DNA of 39,291 nucleotides from Priapulus caudatus (GCF_000485595.1 NW_014577087.1:715749-755039); one strand, 5' to 3'. Counted from the first letter of the stretch, positions 1 through 12,460 are shown. The notes: generated by a model from the sequence alone, not told the origin. A program made the numbers and translations.

Positions 1-334
1 ACGAAGCAGGGCTCTCTTGGTGCGCACCAAGTTATCCCGCTCTAACTCTGTGTCTGTACGCAATCGGTGCCTAACGCGTGCTAAGTTTCGCAATGCGTAT
101 TTATTATACTCCTGTCGCAGGGGTATAATATACCACGCTCGCTCGCTCGCTCGCTCGCACGCACGTTCGCTGTGCCTCACTGTCTACGGGGTGACGTGGC
201 GAGCAGGGAACTGAGCGGTGGGAGAATTGATGACTCGTTTAGCCCGCTTCAGAGTTTTGTGTCTGTACGCTCCTAGTTAGCGCGCGTTAGACGCGCGTCT
301 GACGCGCGTTAAAATTCGTAGTCTGTACGGGGTA
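1..334. mobile_element. Probable right end of a TIR MITE (Harbinger-like), truncated by the window start
   Basis: GTCTGTACG recurs at about 52, 262 and 321, with palindromic GACGCGCGTC-type subterminal motifs. It ends ...GTCTGTACGGGGTA followed by TTA. The partner TIR is not in the window, so the family call is inference. Confidence 0.35.
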
Positions 335-1299
335 TTAAATTTATACTAGCACGCGTAGCGATTTAATGAAGCTGCTACTATTGCGGTAGTCCTGAGTAAC
401 AAGCGTTCTCGAGTGACATCACAACAAGCGATCGAATAAGGAAGACGACGTCACAGCTCATCACGTGATAGTCATTCGAGCTATAGCACGTTGATGTCGT
501 GCGATCAATTAATTCCCGTGACCCGTGACGTCCCACAGGGATATGAACGTCGTCTCGTATATACGTGTTATTGAACAAGTGACACGTCTTACCTGTCTTC
601 CACGTTGCAGACGACCAATGTAAATTAACACGTAACAAAAAACGTTACACGTAACATCGTAACATGTAATTTGGACGCCCACTTCAGAAAATCGTGACAT
701 TCTAACAAAAGGATTTACATTACGTTGTGTTTGCATCGCGAGAATGGCATCGGAACCCGACCCTAAGAACCAGGCAGTTTAACTAGGCGCCACTATACGC
801 GCCACTAGGAAAGAAACTCGGCTGTTTTGACTCATTTTGACACGTACACAGATTAGTTTGCGGAGCTGTACGCTAGCGACATACAGCTCAACGAGGACGT
901 GTTATGTTGCCGTGGCATCCAAACAGTCGCGCGCGCTAATAACCCACGCAGCGGGGAATTAATATTTGACGCGCCTCCACGAAGGAAACCTAAATTGCGC
1001 GCATTGTCGGGGCCTGTGCATGCATAATTAACGGACAGCCGCCGCACATCTCATCATGGATGCGTCTTTGTTATACAGCGAACCTCCTGCATATCGTTAT
1101 ATCGTACTATAGATTGTTAGATATCTTAGATCGTTAGATACAGGTCACACACTACGTGGTGATATATAAATAGTACTATATATATATATTATAGTATATA
1201 TTATCTATAATATCATAATTAGTTGTAATATTCTCGGTTGTAGTTACTGGTGTGTATGTGTTCGTACGTACTGCGCGGTATGCGTCATGCGTGTGATGC

Positions 1300-1378
1300 T
1301 TGTGTGTTGTGTGCTGTGGTGTGGTGTGTTGTGGTGTGTGTGTGTGTTGTGCGTGCGTGCGTGCTGCGCCGTGCGTGC

Positions 1379-1410
<32 letters not shown>

Positions 1411-1435
1411 CTGTGTATGTGTGCGTGTGTGTGCC
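1300..1435. repeat. (GT)n/(GCGT)n microsatellite, intronic
   Basis: Seen directly; it explains the His/Thr and Cys/Val ORFs here. Confidence 0.95.
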
Positions 1436-1473
1436 TATCATATCTATGATACCCCTGTGTACCTTGCATGCAG

Positions 1474-1656
1474 TTACCGGTCGAAGAATCGAATGAGTTG
1501 ATCCTATGCTGTTGGTGCTGCCGGACTGGACCAATCAATATCAAGGCCTCCGTCCAGAAAACTGGATTTAGTCCGGGAGAGAAGATAACGGTGGAAACAG
1601 TTGTCACTAACGGGAGCACTCGTGGCGTGACGGCTTGCCTAATGGCTCTGAAAATG
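1474..1656 (+). CDS. Alpha-arrestin (arrestin domain-containing protein, ARRDC-like), internal coding exon at the start of the arrestin C domain
   Basis: Acceptor ttgcatgcag|TTA, donor ATG|gtaaac, 183 nt, phase 0/0. LPVEESNELILCCWCCRTGPINIKASVQKTGFSPGEKITVETVVTNGSTR resembles the ARRDC-family pattern LCCWxCxSGPI...KGYxPGExI...EIEN (recalled family knowledge). Upstream exons were not found in the window. Confidence 0.9.
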
Positions 1657-2459
1657 GTAAACCCTTTTTGGAGGCTCTGATATATATATAAATATATTAT
1701 ATTAAATCTATGCATAGATCAGGTATCCCAGGCAGGTTCGGCTCTTGGGCAAAGCGAGCGCAGCGGCCTCTTGCGGCCTCACGTTTTGGCGCTTCGCATA
1801 AAAACGAACGTAGATTGATTCTTGTATGGTATAATTTTGTAAATAAGTGGGGGAAAATTCACTAATTGAAGAGTAATTGTCTGCATTACTGTTTTATTTG
1901 TAACAGTCTATCATACCCGTACAGCGAACTTTGGAAATTGCACAGTTATACAGTATAACAGTTGGGAAAAGAAGGGTCGCGCACCGTAAAACCTAATTTC
2001 GGTCACGCTTTTGATAAGGCCGAATATGATCTCATAGGTAACGAAGCAACATTATTGTCCATTGTAATAAAATTTTGAAGATGAAATCAACAGATGCAGT
2101 AAATTTCTATAATCGTCTTCGGCAGACTGAGTTGCCCAATCACAGACGGTCGCAGATGCATCGACACAGTGCGAAATGATACCTAAAGTTATTTGAATGT
2201 CACATAAATATTGTTTTTTATTGCAAAATCAGACAATACATGGGTCAGTAGATGGAGTTAAGAATTTCAATTGATCAAGAGCGCGTCACGTGTCAACTTC
2301 TTACGGCTTTGTCCACAGATGATTAATCCTACAGCGATTTTTTAAATATTTTAATTTCTAATGGGTTTCCGCTACCGACACACATGAGAAATCCGTACTT
2401 TCCTGAATTGGCGTATATCAACGTCGGAGTATGTAACGTAATGTTTATTACTTATACAG

Positions 2460-2648
2460 GTAGAAGTGTTTCATTCGACCACTAAATCACGAACTGTGCC
2501 AACCTCGATAGCTGTCGTGCAGAACAGAAGCGGTATTAACGCAGGCGAATCAAGCACCACGAGCAACACTCTGCTCGTGCCACGTGAAACGCCACCTAGC
2601 GGCTACATGGCCAACTGCACTGTCATCGATATAAGTTACATCATAGAG
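2460..2648 (+). CDS. Alpha-arrestin (ARRDC-like), penultimate coding exon
   Basis: Acceptor ttatacag|GTA, donor GAG|gttcgt, 189 nt, phase 0/0, in frame with both neighbours. It encodes VEVFHSTTKSR...LLVPRETPPSGYMANCTVIDISYIIE, matching the arrestin-C pattern L.IP..PPS...C.II.I.Y.L.V. Confidence 0.9.
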
Positions 2649-2996
2649 GTTCGTATGCGTGTGTGTGCGCGCGTCTCTGAGATACTGCTCTTGTTATGCG
2701 CGCGCACGCGTTGTAGGCGTGTGCGCAATTGTACATGATTTCTTACAACGAATAGAATGAAAAGTGTATTACGTGAAACGTATTGGTTATAGCAAACATA
2801 ATTTAATAAAGCGCAAACAATCGATGATAAATCGGTAACATGTTGGCCGTGTAGTAGTAGTGCAATAGTGTGTGCAGTAGTGCAATATGTGTGTAGTGCA
2901 GTAGTATAGGACTGCAGTCGCCATCTACCGGTCTCCCCATCCTCTCCTCGGATATATTGCTGATTCTTTCTCATCTACTGCGCATCTTCATTGTAG

Positions 2997-3194
2997 GTGA
3001 CGGCTCTACTGTCGGGCATTCACAGAGGCGATCTGAACGTAATCATACCAGTCTCCATCGGTCAGGCGTCGCAGCCCGAAACGCGGCACCAGATGGCGCC
3101 AGCAGCGGCAAGTAACGATGATCGCCCCGCCCCCTCGGCGCCTCCAGCGTACAGTCCCGCGCCACCTTACTCTGGCAGCAAAACCGACTGGTAA
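2997..3194 (+). CDS. Alpha-arrestin (ARRDC-like), last coding exon with PSAP/PPxY tail
   Basis: Acceptor tcttcattgtag|GTG. It encodes VTALLSGIHRGDLNVIIPVSIG (end of arrestin-C, L...P..IG) and a proline-rich tail ...PSAPPAYSPAPPYSGSKTDW, with stop TAA at 3192-3194. A PPxY tail is the hallmark of alpha-arrestins. Confidence 0.9.
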   Translation: MTALLSGIHRGDLNVIIPVSIGQASQPETRHQMAPAAASNDDRPAPSAPPAYSPAPPYSGSKTDW

Positions 3195-4218
3195 TCGATG
3201 ACAGAATGGATCAGTAATGACGGATCAATATGGCCGCATTGTACAACTAACAGATGGCAGCACCAATCAACGTCATCATCAAGCCACTGAGGAAGTCTCG
3301 TATCGCGATGTCATGCAATGTCGCGCAAATAGATATCAGTTCTGATCATGACTACTGATAATAATATGAGCAGTAAGCCGAGGTAATATATATATAATAT
3401 ATTATAAAGTGCAAAAAGGTCGGCTGGTATCAATATAATTACTGATAAATCGTTCCGATTCAGTCGTGGTAGAAGGACTTACAGAGTTATCATATCAACC
3501 TGATCCGTGCACGCAATGGGAAATAGAATTATCGGTAAACTCTGTATTAGATATTACCAGGAGTAAATCGTAACTTATTTATAACCTATAGTATATATAT
3601 ATATATATATTACTATAATATATATTATTATTATATATATTATTATTAATGATGATTTATTACTTATTATTATAAGTATAATATGTGATATATAACTGCG
3701 CCAAAGCTGTTCCAACGCCCTTGTTGAAAACGGGTACCAGTTGTCTTAGCCATAAAAACCAGACAAAACAATCCCATGGAGTTCACCCATACTACAAAAT
3801 CAGCACTCGGCCGCAGTCGCCCCGCCCTCCCCGACTGCTGTGAGAAGCCAGCGAGGGGTACCATGGCAACTGTGGCCAAAGAAGCAAGTGGATCACAAAA
3901 ACGCATAGGTTCACGACCTGGAACGCCAGCTCCAGCCCACTCCGCAAGTCCCAAATGTCTTGATGAGTAAAATGCGGCATGCAGAATGTATCTAAGAGAC
4001 AAGGTGACAACGTCACAGCACCATGGAGCCAGTATTGGAAATGGAATGAAGCGTTTCTACGTTGGTAAAGAGAAGGAACGGTGTCATCCTGTGTGAGAAA
4101 TGGAAAATGTGTGTGTGTGTGTGGTAGGTGTCAGCAGAATGTACGATGGGCGTATAAATGTGGGGCGGGCGACAAAAGAATCATGTTTAATATCGTGTTA
4201 TTGCCGCAACAGGTGTGT

Positions 4219-4341
4219 GACGACGACGAAGAAGAAGAGGAGAGGGAGAGGAGAAGGAGAGGAGGAGGAGGAGGAGGAGGAGGAGGAGGAGCAGGAGGAT
4301 GATGAGGAGGAGGGTGAGGAGGAGGAGCAGGAGGAGGAGGA
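4219..4341. repeat. (GAG)n/purine-rich simple repeat
   Basis: Seen directly; source of the poly-E, poly-G and poly-L ORFs. Confidence 0.9.
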
Positions 4342-5245
4342 ATTGAGGAGAACTACAGAGTGCTTCGAAGAGTTGATGAATCGAGTACGACCGAATCCGC
4401 ATCAACGACATAATGGGTTTTAATTGCGGTGCGAGTAAACTGGAAAGCTCAAAACAGGGAAAGTGGTGGGAGGATGATTGTTCGGGATGCCACTGAAAAC
4501 CAGTTTAACGACCATCCCGTCTGATTGTGATGAGTTACAACCTATTATTTACTTCTGATGGTATCTGTGCGCGAAAAGATTAAATCCATTTGCTCGCACG
4601 GGAAAGGTCACTATAATTAAATGTACTTGACACGTGATATATAACTATATTTACCGCTATCGCTGAATGCACATTACTGTGATTAATAGTTGTGATAAAA
4701 TAATTATATGGATGCATACGGAGAATTATTAGTATTATGCGAAATTAAATAATACCATAAAGTTATATCTATTTTACTTGTATTTATAGTATGCGATCAA
4801 GAACGGGAAGAGTGGGAGGCAGAGGGAACGTACGAAAGAAAAAGCTGAGGGAGAGAGAAAGTTTGATGGCGAAGGGAGAGTGAGAGGAGAACGAGGGAGA
4901 GGGGCGGAATAGATGGGTCGTATAACCGATAAGGATATTAGCAAAAGTAAGACAATTACACTTTACATCCTCAAGAATAACCTTTCAAAAGGATAGACTT
5001 TTTAAGAACGAAATTTTCATAATCGACGCATGATTATAGTATTAGTAGAGTTCGTGCGAAAGAAAGAATTTTGATGTGGGCCCATGCATCATGAGGAGTT
5101 GAGCAACATCAAATATGGCTGACAGCTGTAAGAAGCCCATAGCACGAAATTTAAACGCGGCTAGAAATGGCGCCTCAATCACTACCGGGCTCATTATGAC
5201 TCAACAGGATACGTTAACGAGGTTTTTGTCCCACATTGTCTAATA

Positions 5246-5282
<37 letters not shown>

Positions 5283-5962
5283 GATATAGGCCTATATATA
5301 TAAACTTTTATACACAAATCTGAAACCATCTATACTTGAACACATAAAGTAAGTCGTATTTGACACATTCGCGTAAGGAAAAGGCTCAAACCTGCAGATG
5401 ATTAAATTATTGCAACATTGTTATGTTGCCGATGTAATTTGGCACGGAGAAAAATCCATAAAAAAGCATCTGAGTGTATGACGCAATTATGGCCTGGCAA
5501 AACAACATTGATTTCTCTCCGCCGACACATACACGATGAATCAAGTAGACATTTATCGTTTTGTTAGATGCCGCGGGATAATTGACAAGTCGTTAAGACT
5601 AACCAGTGGTCGACCAACTAGTCCGAGTGAGAAGGCGTTGTGGCGCACGCTTGAATCATCACGCTGGTTGGACAGATTTAATACCACATGTCTACCACCA
5701 ACCAAAGACTGAATGAAGCAGTTTGCACTCATGTTGACAAATCGAAACAAACGGCCTTGCGGTAATAAACTGTTACATATATCGCACATGCACGCACGCA
5801 CGCACGCCCACGCACGCACACGCATGCACGAGCGATCAAGTATTTTATTAGCTAGTATTTTTTTTGCCTATGTTGCTGTTCGGGTATATTGTGAAATGTA
5901 GCAAAATTATACGAATCCCCTCTTTTGGTTATAGCCAGTGCACTGATACCATGGGCGTAATT

Positions 5963-6169
5963 AAATGCCATGGGGACACGGGGGACACGTCCCCCCACTT
6001 TTTGAAGGGTGCGGGACACACTATCAAATGTCCCTCCCCAGTTTTTTGAACATGCATGTGGTTCTGCATAATTATAAACCCCTTCTATAATATTCTTATT
6101 TTGTGCTTGTCTCCACTACACTATAAGTGAAAAAAATAGAAAGTATAAAAAAGACTCCTGATTGATATA

Positions 6170-6200
<31 letters not shown>

Positions 6201-6267
6201 GATATATATATATATATATATATATATATNNNNNNNNNNATATATATATATATATATATATATATAT

Positions 6268-6298
<31 letters not shown>

Positions 6299-6532
6299 GC
6301 CTAAACTGAATATAGGAACCGCGACTGTATAGGTGGGGTCGGAGTGATGTCACTTCCCCTTAGTAACTCGTCGATAAAATATAATATTTAGATAGTAACG
6401 TTGAATAAAATTGCAAATCCAGACATTTTTCAACGTCGTTTCAACGTTGATTGTCGACGTTGTTTCAACGTTGTTTCAACGTTGTTTCAACGTTTTTTTT
6501 TGCCCGCTGGGAGCTAGTTTATGGCATTTAAA
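5963..6532 (+). repeat. Long direct repeat, copy 1 (left module of the hAT-like element)
   Basis: AAATGCCATGGGGACACGGGGGACACG...(TA)n...(CAACGTTGTTT)n...GCCCGCTGGGAGCTAGTTTATGGCAT recurs at 9851-10313 and, partially, from 22178. Confidence 0.9.
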
Positions 6533-6650
6533 CTCAGGGGCGGATCTAGGAGGGCGTCCGGGTGGTCCTGGCCCCCTTTAATTTTAAAGTGCCCTAAAAA
6601 ATTTCATCCCAATTTTTTAGGGCTAGTTTTTCTGATAGAATATATTTCAT

Positions 6651-9600
6651 AATTTTGCAAAAATTAGGCATGTAGAATAGGGAGGAGGTATTCTAGCATA
6701 AATTTATATGATAATATTTCATCAGTATACCTCTCTTGAGAAATAGGAAGAAGACCTCGCATGTAAGGTGCCCGCTGCATATACCAGTCAGTACACAATT
6801 TGGCTACGTTAGTGTGTTAGCGCATGCGCAATATCTTACCAGAGGAGTTATATTTTGTGATGGATATGCATTTAAAATTGTTAGGGGATATCTCAGCATA
6901 GATTTATGAAATAAATTGTTATAAGTAGACCTGTGTTTATGAGTGGGAAAGCGCCCTAGCCTGTGGGAAGCAAAACTACTAATTCATCCACTCCTGTCTG
7001 TCCCTTGCCTTCCCCTCTGTCCCTCGCTTAGCCTCATTCTTTTTTCCCACCCTCAACTTTTTTTCCTGCTACCTTTCCTCAGTCTTCCAACCCTTCTTCT
7101 CTATTAGCAAGCTATATTATGCAGTGTTCTTCAGTACACACTGTACGCCTAAAACGCGGTGCTCGCGCATGCGCAATATCTCCCGAGAGGAATAATATTT
7201 TGCAAAGATTATGCATTTAGAATAGAGAGGAGATATTCTAGCATAAATTTATATGATAATATTTCACAACTATACCTCTATTGAGAAATAGGAAGAAGAC
7301 CTCGCATGTAAGGTGCCCGCTGCATATACCAGTCAGTACAAAATTTGGCTACGTTAGTGTGTTAGAGCATGCGCAATATCTCACCAGAGGAGTTATATTT
7401 TGTGATGGATATGCATTGAAAATGGTTAGGGGATATCTCAGCATAGATTTATAAAATAAATTGTTATCAGTAGACCTGCGTTTATGATTGGGAGAGCGCA
7501 CTGGCCTGTGGGGAACAAAACTACTAATTCATCCCCCCTATCCTTCCCTTGCCTCCCCCTCTGTCCCTCGCTCAGCCTCATTATTTTTCACCACCCTCAG
7601 CTTTCTTTCCGGCCGCTTTTCCTCAGTATTCCAAACCTCCTTCTCTAATAGCAAGCTATATTATGCAGTGTTCTTCAGTCCATACTGTACGCCTGAAACG
7701 GTGCTCGCGCATGCGCAATCTCTCCCGGGAATGACAATATTTTGCAAAGATAATCTATTTTGAATAGGGAGGAGGTATTCTAGCATAGATTTATATGATA
7801 ATATTTCACAACTATACCTCTCTTGAGAAATAGGAAGAAGACCTCGCATGTATGGTGCCCGCTGCATATACCAGTCTGTACACAATTTGGCTACGTTAGT
7901 GTGTTAGAGCATGCGCAATATCTCACAAGAGGAGTTATATTTTGTGATGATATGCATTTAAAATGGTTAGGAGATATCTCAGCATAGATTGATGAAATAA
8001 ATTGTTATCAGTAGACCTGTGTTTACGATTGGGAGAGCGCCCTAGTCTGTGGGAAGCAAAACTACTAATTCACACCCTCCTGTCCTTCCCTTGCCCCCCT
8101 TCTGTTCCTCGCTCAGCCTCATTTTTTTTACCGCCCTAAGCTTTCTTCCCTGCCGCCTTCCCTCAGTCTCCCAACCCTCTTTCTCGCTTAGCTAACTATA
8201 TTATGCAGTGTTCTTCAGTCCATACGGCAAGTCTGAAACGGTGCTCGCGCATGCGCAATATCTCCCGAGAATAATAATATTTTGCAAAAATTATGCATTT
8301 AGAATAGGGAGGAGGTATTCTAGCATAGATTTATATGATAATATTTCACAAGTATGCCTCTCTTGAGAAAGAGGAAGAAGACCTCGCATGTAAGGTGCCC
8401 GCTGAATATACCAGTCAGTACACAATTTGGCTACGTTAGTGTGTTAGAGCATGCGCAATATCTCACCAGAGGAGTTATATTTTGTGATGGATATATATTT
8501 AAAATGGTTAGGGGATATCTCAGCATAGATTTATGAAATAAATTGTTATCAGTAGAACTGTGTTTATGATTGGGAGAGCGCCCTAGCCCGTGGGGAGCAA
8601 AACTACTAATTCATCCACTCCTGTCTGTCCCTTGCCTTCCCCTCTGTCCCTCGCTTAGCCTCATTCTTTTTTCCCACCCTCAACTTTCTTTCCTGCTACC
8701 TTTCCTCAGTCTTCCAACCCTTCTTCTCTATTTGCAAGCTATATTATGCAGTGTTCTTCAGTCCACACTGTACGCCTAAAACGCGGTGCTCGCGCATGCG
8801 CAATATCTCCCGAGAGGAATAATATTTTGCAAAGATTATGCATTTAGAATAGGGAGGAGGTATTCTAGCATAGATTTATATAATAATATTTCACAACTAT
8901 ACCTCTCTTGAGAAATAGGAAGAAGACCTCTCATGTAACGTGCCCGCTGCATATACCAGTCAGTACACAATTTGGCTACGTTAGTGTGTTAGCGCATGGG
9001 ATTGCGCAATATCCCACCAGAAGAGTTATATTTTGTAATGGATATGCATTTAAAATGGTTAGGGGATATCTCAGCATAGATTTATTAAATAAATTGTTAT
9101 CAGTAGAACTGTGTTTATGATTGGGAGAGCGCCCTAGCCTGTGAGGAGCAAAACTACTAATTCATCCACTCCTGTCTGTCTCTTGCCTTCCCCTCTGTCC
9201 CTCGCTCAGCCTCATTCTTTTTTCCCACCCTCAACTTTCTTTCCTGCTACTTTTCCTCAGTCTTCCAACCCTTCTTCTCTATTAGCAAGCTATATTATGC
9301 TGTGTTCTTCAGTCCATACTGTACACCCAAAACGCGGTGCTCGCGCATGCGCAATATCTCCCGAGAGGAATAATATTTTGCAAAGATTATGCATTTAGAA
9401 TAGAGAGGAGGTATTCTAGCATAGATTTATATGATAATATTTTACAACTATACCTCTATTAAGAAATAGGAAGAAGACCTCGCATGTAAGGTGCCCGCTG
9501 CATATACCAGTCAGTACACAATTTGGCTACGTTAGTGTGTTAGCGCATGCGCAATATCTCACCAGAGGAGTTATATTTTGTGATGGATATGCATTTAAAA

Positions 9601-9849
9601 TGGTTAGGGGATATCTCAGCATAGATTGATGAAATAAATTGTTATCAGTAGATCTGTGTTTATGATTGAGAGAGAGCCATAGCCTGTGGGGAGCAAAACT
9701 ACTAATTCATCCCCTCCTGTCCTTCCCTTGCCTCCCCCTCTGTTCCTCGCCCAGCCTCATTCTTTTTTACTGCCCTCAGCTTTCTACCCTGCCGCCTTTC
9801 CTCAGTCTCCCAACTTTCTTTCTCTCTTAACAAGCTATATTATGCAGTG
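6651..9849 (+). repeat. Tandem satellite array, about 5.9 units of 540-551 bp
   Basis: The anchor (A/T)GAATAG(G/A)GAGGAG starts at 6674, 7219, 7761, 8301, 8846 and 9397 (spacings 545, 542, 540, 545, 551). Confidence 0.95.
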
Positions 9850-9850
9850 C

Positions 9851-10313
9851 AAATGCCATGGGGACACGGGGGACACGTCCCCCCACTTTTTGAAGGGTGG
9901 GGGACACACTATCAAATGTCCCCCCCCAGGTTTCTGAACATGCATGTGGTTCAGCATAATTATAAGCGCATTCTATTATATTATTATTTTATGCTTGTCT
10001 CCACTACACCAAGTGAAAAAAATAGAAAGTATAAAAAATGATTCCTGATTGATATATCTCAATATATATATATATATCAATATATATATATATATATATA
10101 TAATAGCCTAAACTGAATATAGGAACCGCGACGGTATAGGTGGGGGCGGAGTGACGTCCCTTCCCCTTAGTAACCCGTCGATAAAATATAATATTTAGAT
10201 AGTAACATTGAATAAAATTGCAAATCCAAACATTTTTCAACGTCGTTTCAACGTCGATTGTCGACGTTCTTTCAACGTCTTTTGCCCGCTGGGAGCTAGT
10301 TTATGGCATGTAA
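9851..10313 (+). repeat. Long direct repeat, copy 2
   Basis: Near-identical to 5963-6532 apart from microsatellite length, then continues into the element's right end. Confidence 0.9.
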
Positions 10314-11056
10314 TCACGATAGAAACAATAGTTGATACTTGCAATTAAAATGCGCGGAAATTATCCTTTTAGAGATCAAAAATACGAAAAGTTCTTACCG
10401 TGGGAGGGGACCACCCCTCGGTCGCTTCGCTCCTTCGCACACTCTTGAACCAAGTCTGCCCTCCCCTTTTTAAACTGGATTTGAGCCCCTGGCTGATACA
10501 GGTGCTAACATTATTTAGTAAGATTACCCTCTGAAGGGTAAGCGCGACCGTAACGTAAAATATATAATTGAATTAAAGTTAACTATTCTCACACGATAAA
10601 ACATAAAACAGGTGCCTTCAAATTCAATAAGTTTTATTTTCAATAATATTGAAAGAAACATATGTTGACTCAAAGGAACATCAGGATGTTCCGTCAAAAT
10701 CTAGTAGTACAAGAAAATAGAATTCAAGAACGAAAACACAAGAATGCTTTGGGTTGTTCATGCATCTCTGTCTAGATTTGACTGCGGGCAGCATTGCATA
10801 GAATAGCAAAGCTGCGAATGGCAATAACGAGCGAATTATTAATGGTTTCCCCTTAATTGTGGCAAAAGGCAGCTTCTGGATGAAAGTACCAAAAGCAACA
10901 GCAGCGTGGTGCTTGGAAAAAGTCCCGTAACAATATTAGATATGAAATAATTTGTCCTGTAACTTGTGTAGTTATACTGCAAAGCACTGTAATCGGTATT
11001 CCAAACTGTTTGCATTCTGTTGTGTTTCACCCTAGCGCGTGCATACATGTAATTAA

Positions 11057-11057
<1 letters not shown>

Positions 11058-11108
<51 letters not shown>
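11058..11108. repeat. (TA)n microsatellite
   Basis: Seen directly. Confidence 0.95.
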
Positions 11109-11114
<6 letters not shown>

Positions 11115-11884
11115 CGATAACATGCGCAACGCATTTCAGGTGTTTTAGTTTTCGTATAGGAAAACATACATTGGCTTTTTCATGAAGCACCACCTGACAT
11201 TTCCCCATGAAGTAAAATAACGGTCATAGTAATAACGACCATTCCTCTCTCACGACAGGTTTTGCAGTAGTAGCTCTTCCTATAAACGAGAGCTCATAGC
11301 CGATACCTCGACTGTCTAAGAAGTATGGTAACGTGAAGTAGACATAATGGGTGGTGCACGACCATCTATTAGTTGGAAATGCACTGCAAATAAACCTGCT
11401 ACCACAACAATAAATATACTTTGATATATCATATCAAACATCTTATGTAAACAAAATTCGCTCGTGGGACTAGAGAGACGCTCAACACATTTTCCCCCCC
11501 AGGGCCCCTATGCGTAGAATCGCAAACTGCCTCTCACTTTATCGGCTTGTTGTATAGTAATGACGCGTCATGACGTATACAGGCTTGCACACGAATCGAA
11601 GCACACGTGATAATCTCACCGTAGCGTTAATATAGAACATGGGGGAATCGGAGATGTGTGCTCATCGTTAACAATATTTACACGCGTAATAATGCGATAT
11701 AAAGTGAAAGCCGAGCATCTGAAGTCCGTGTGTTTGTTCGGTAGCCGGTACACAGCGTTCTCATAGAAATGAACAACGATAATTACTAACAGCATGCGCG
11801 GCGTTGGCTATAGGCTCTCTTATCGCAATCGCAGGTTTGGGATCGGCGCAGTAGTGAATGTCGCGAGGTGCTAGACGCACAAAC

Positions 11885-12460
<576 letters not shown>

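Larger units (their letters stand above)
5950..10491. mobile_element. Non-autonomous hAT-like composite element carrying a satellite array
   Basis: Imperfect TIRs: CATGGGCGTAA at 5950 and TTGAGCCCCTG ending at 10491 (reverse complement CAGGGGCTCAA, 8/11). The flanking 8-mers ACTGATAC (5942-5949) and GCTGATAC (10492-10499) match 7/8 and read as a TSD. An 8-bp TSD with short CA...TG TIRs is typical of hAT. No transposase ORF. Confidence 0.75.

Noticed and set aside
3670..4423. ORFs of 64-110 aa including a poly-Glu ORF
   Set aside because: No recognisable domain or splice context; the acidic run comes from a (GAG)n repeat.
6651..9849. Array as a CRISPR-like or coding repeat; repeated short ORFs
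   Set aside because: Whole units repeat with no unique spacers; the ORFs are broken differently in each unit; eukaryotic context.
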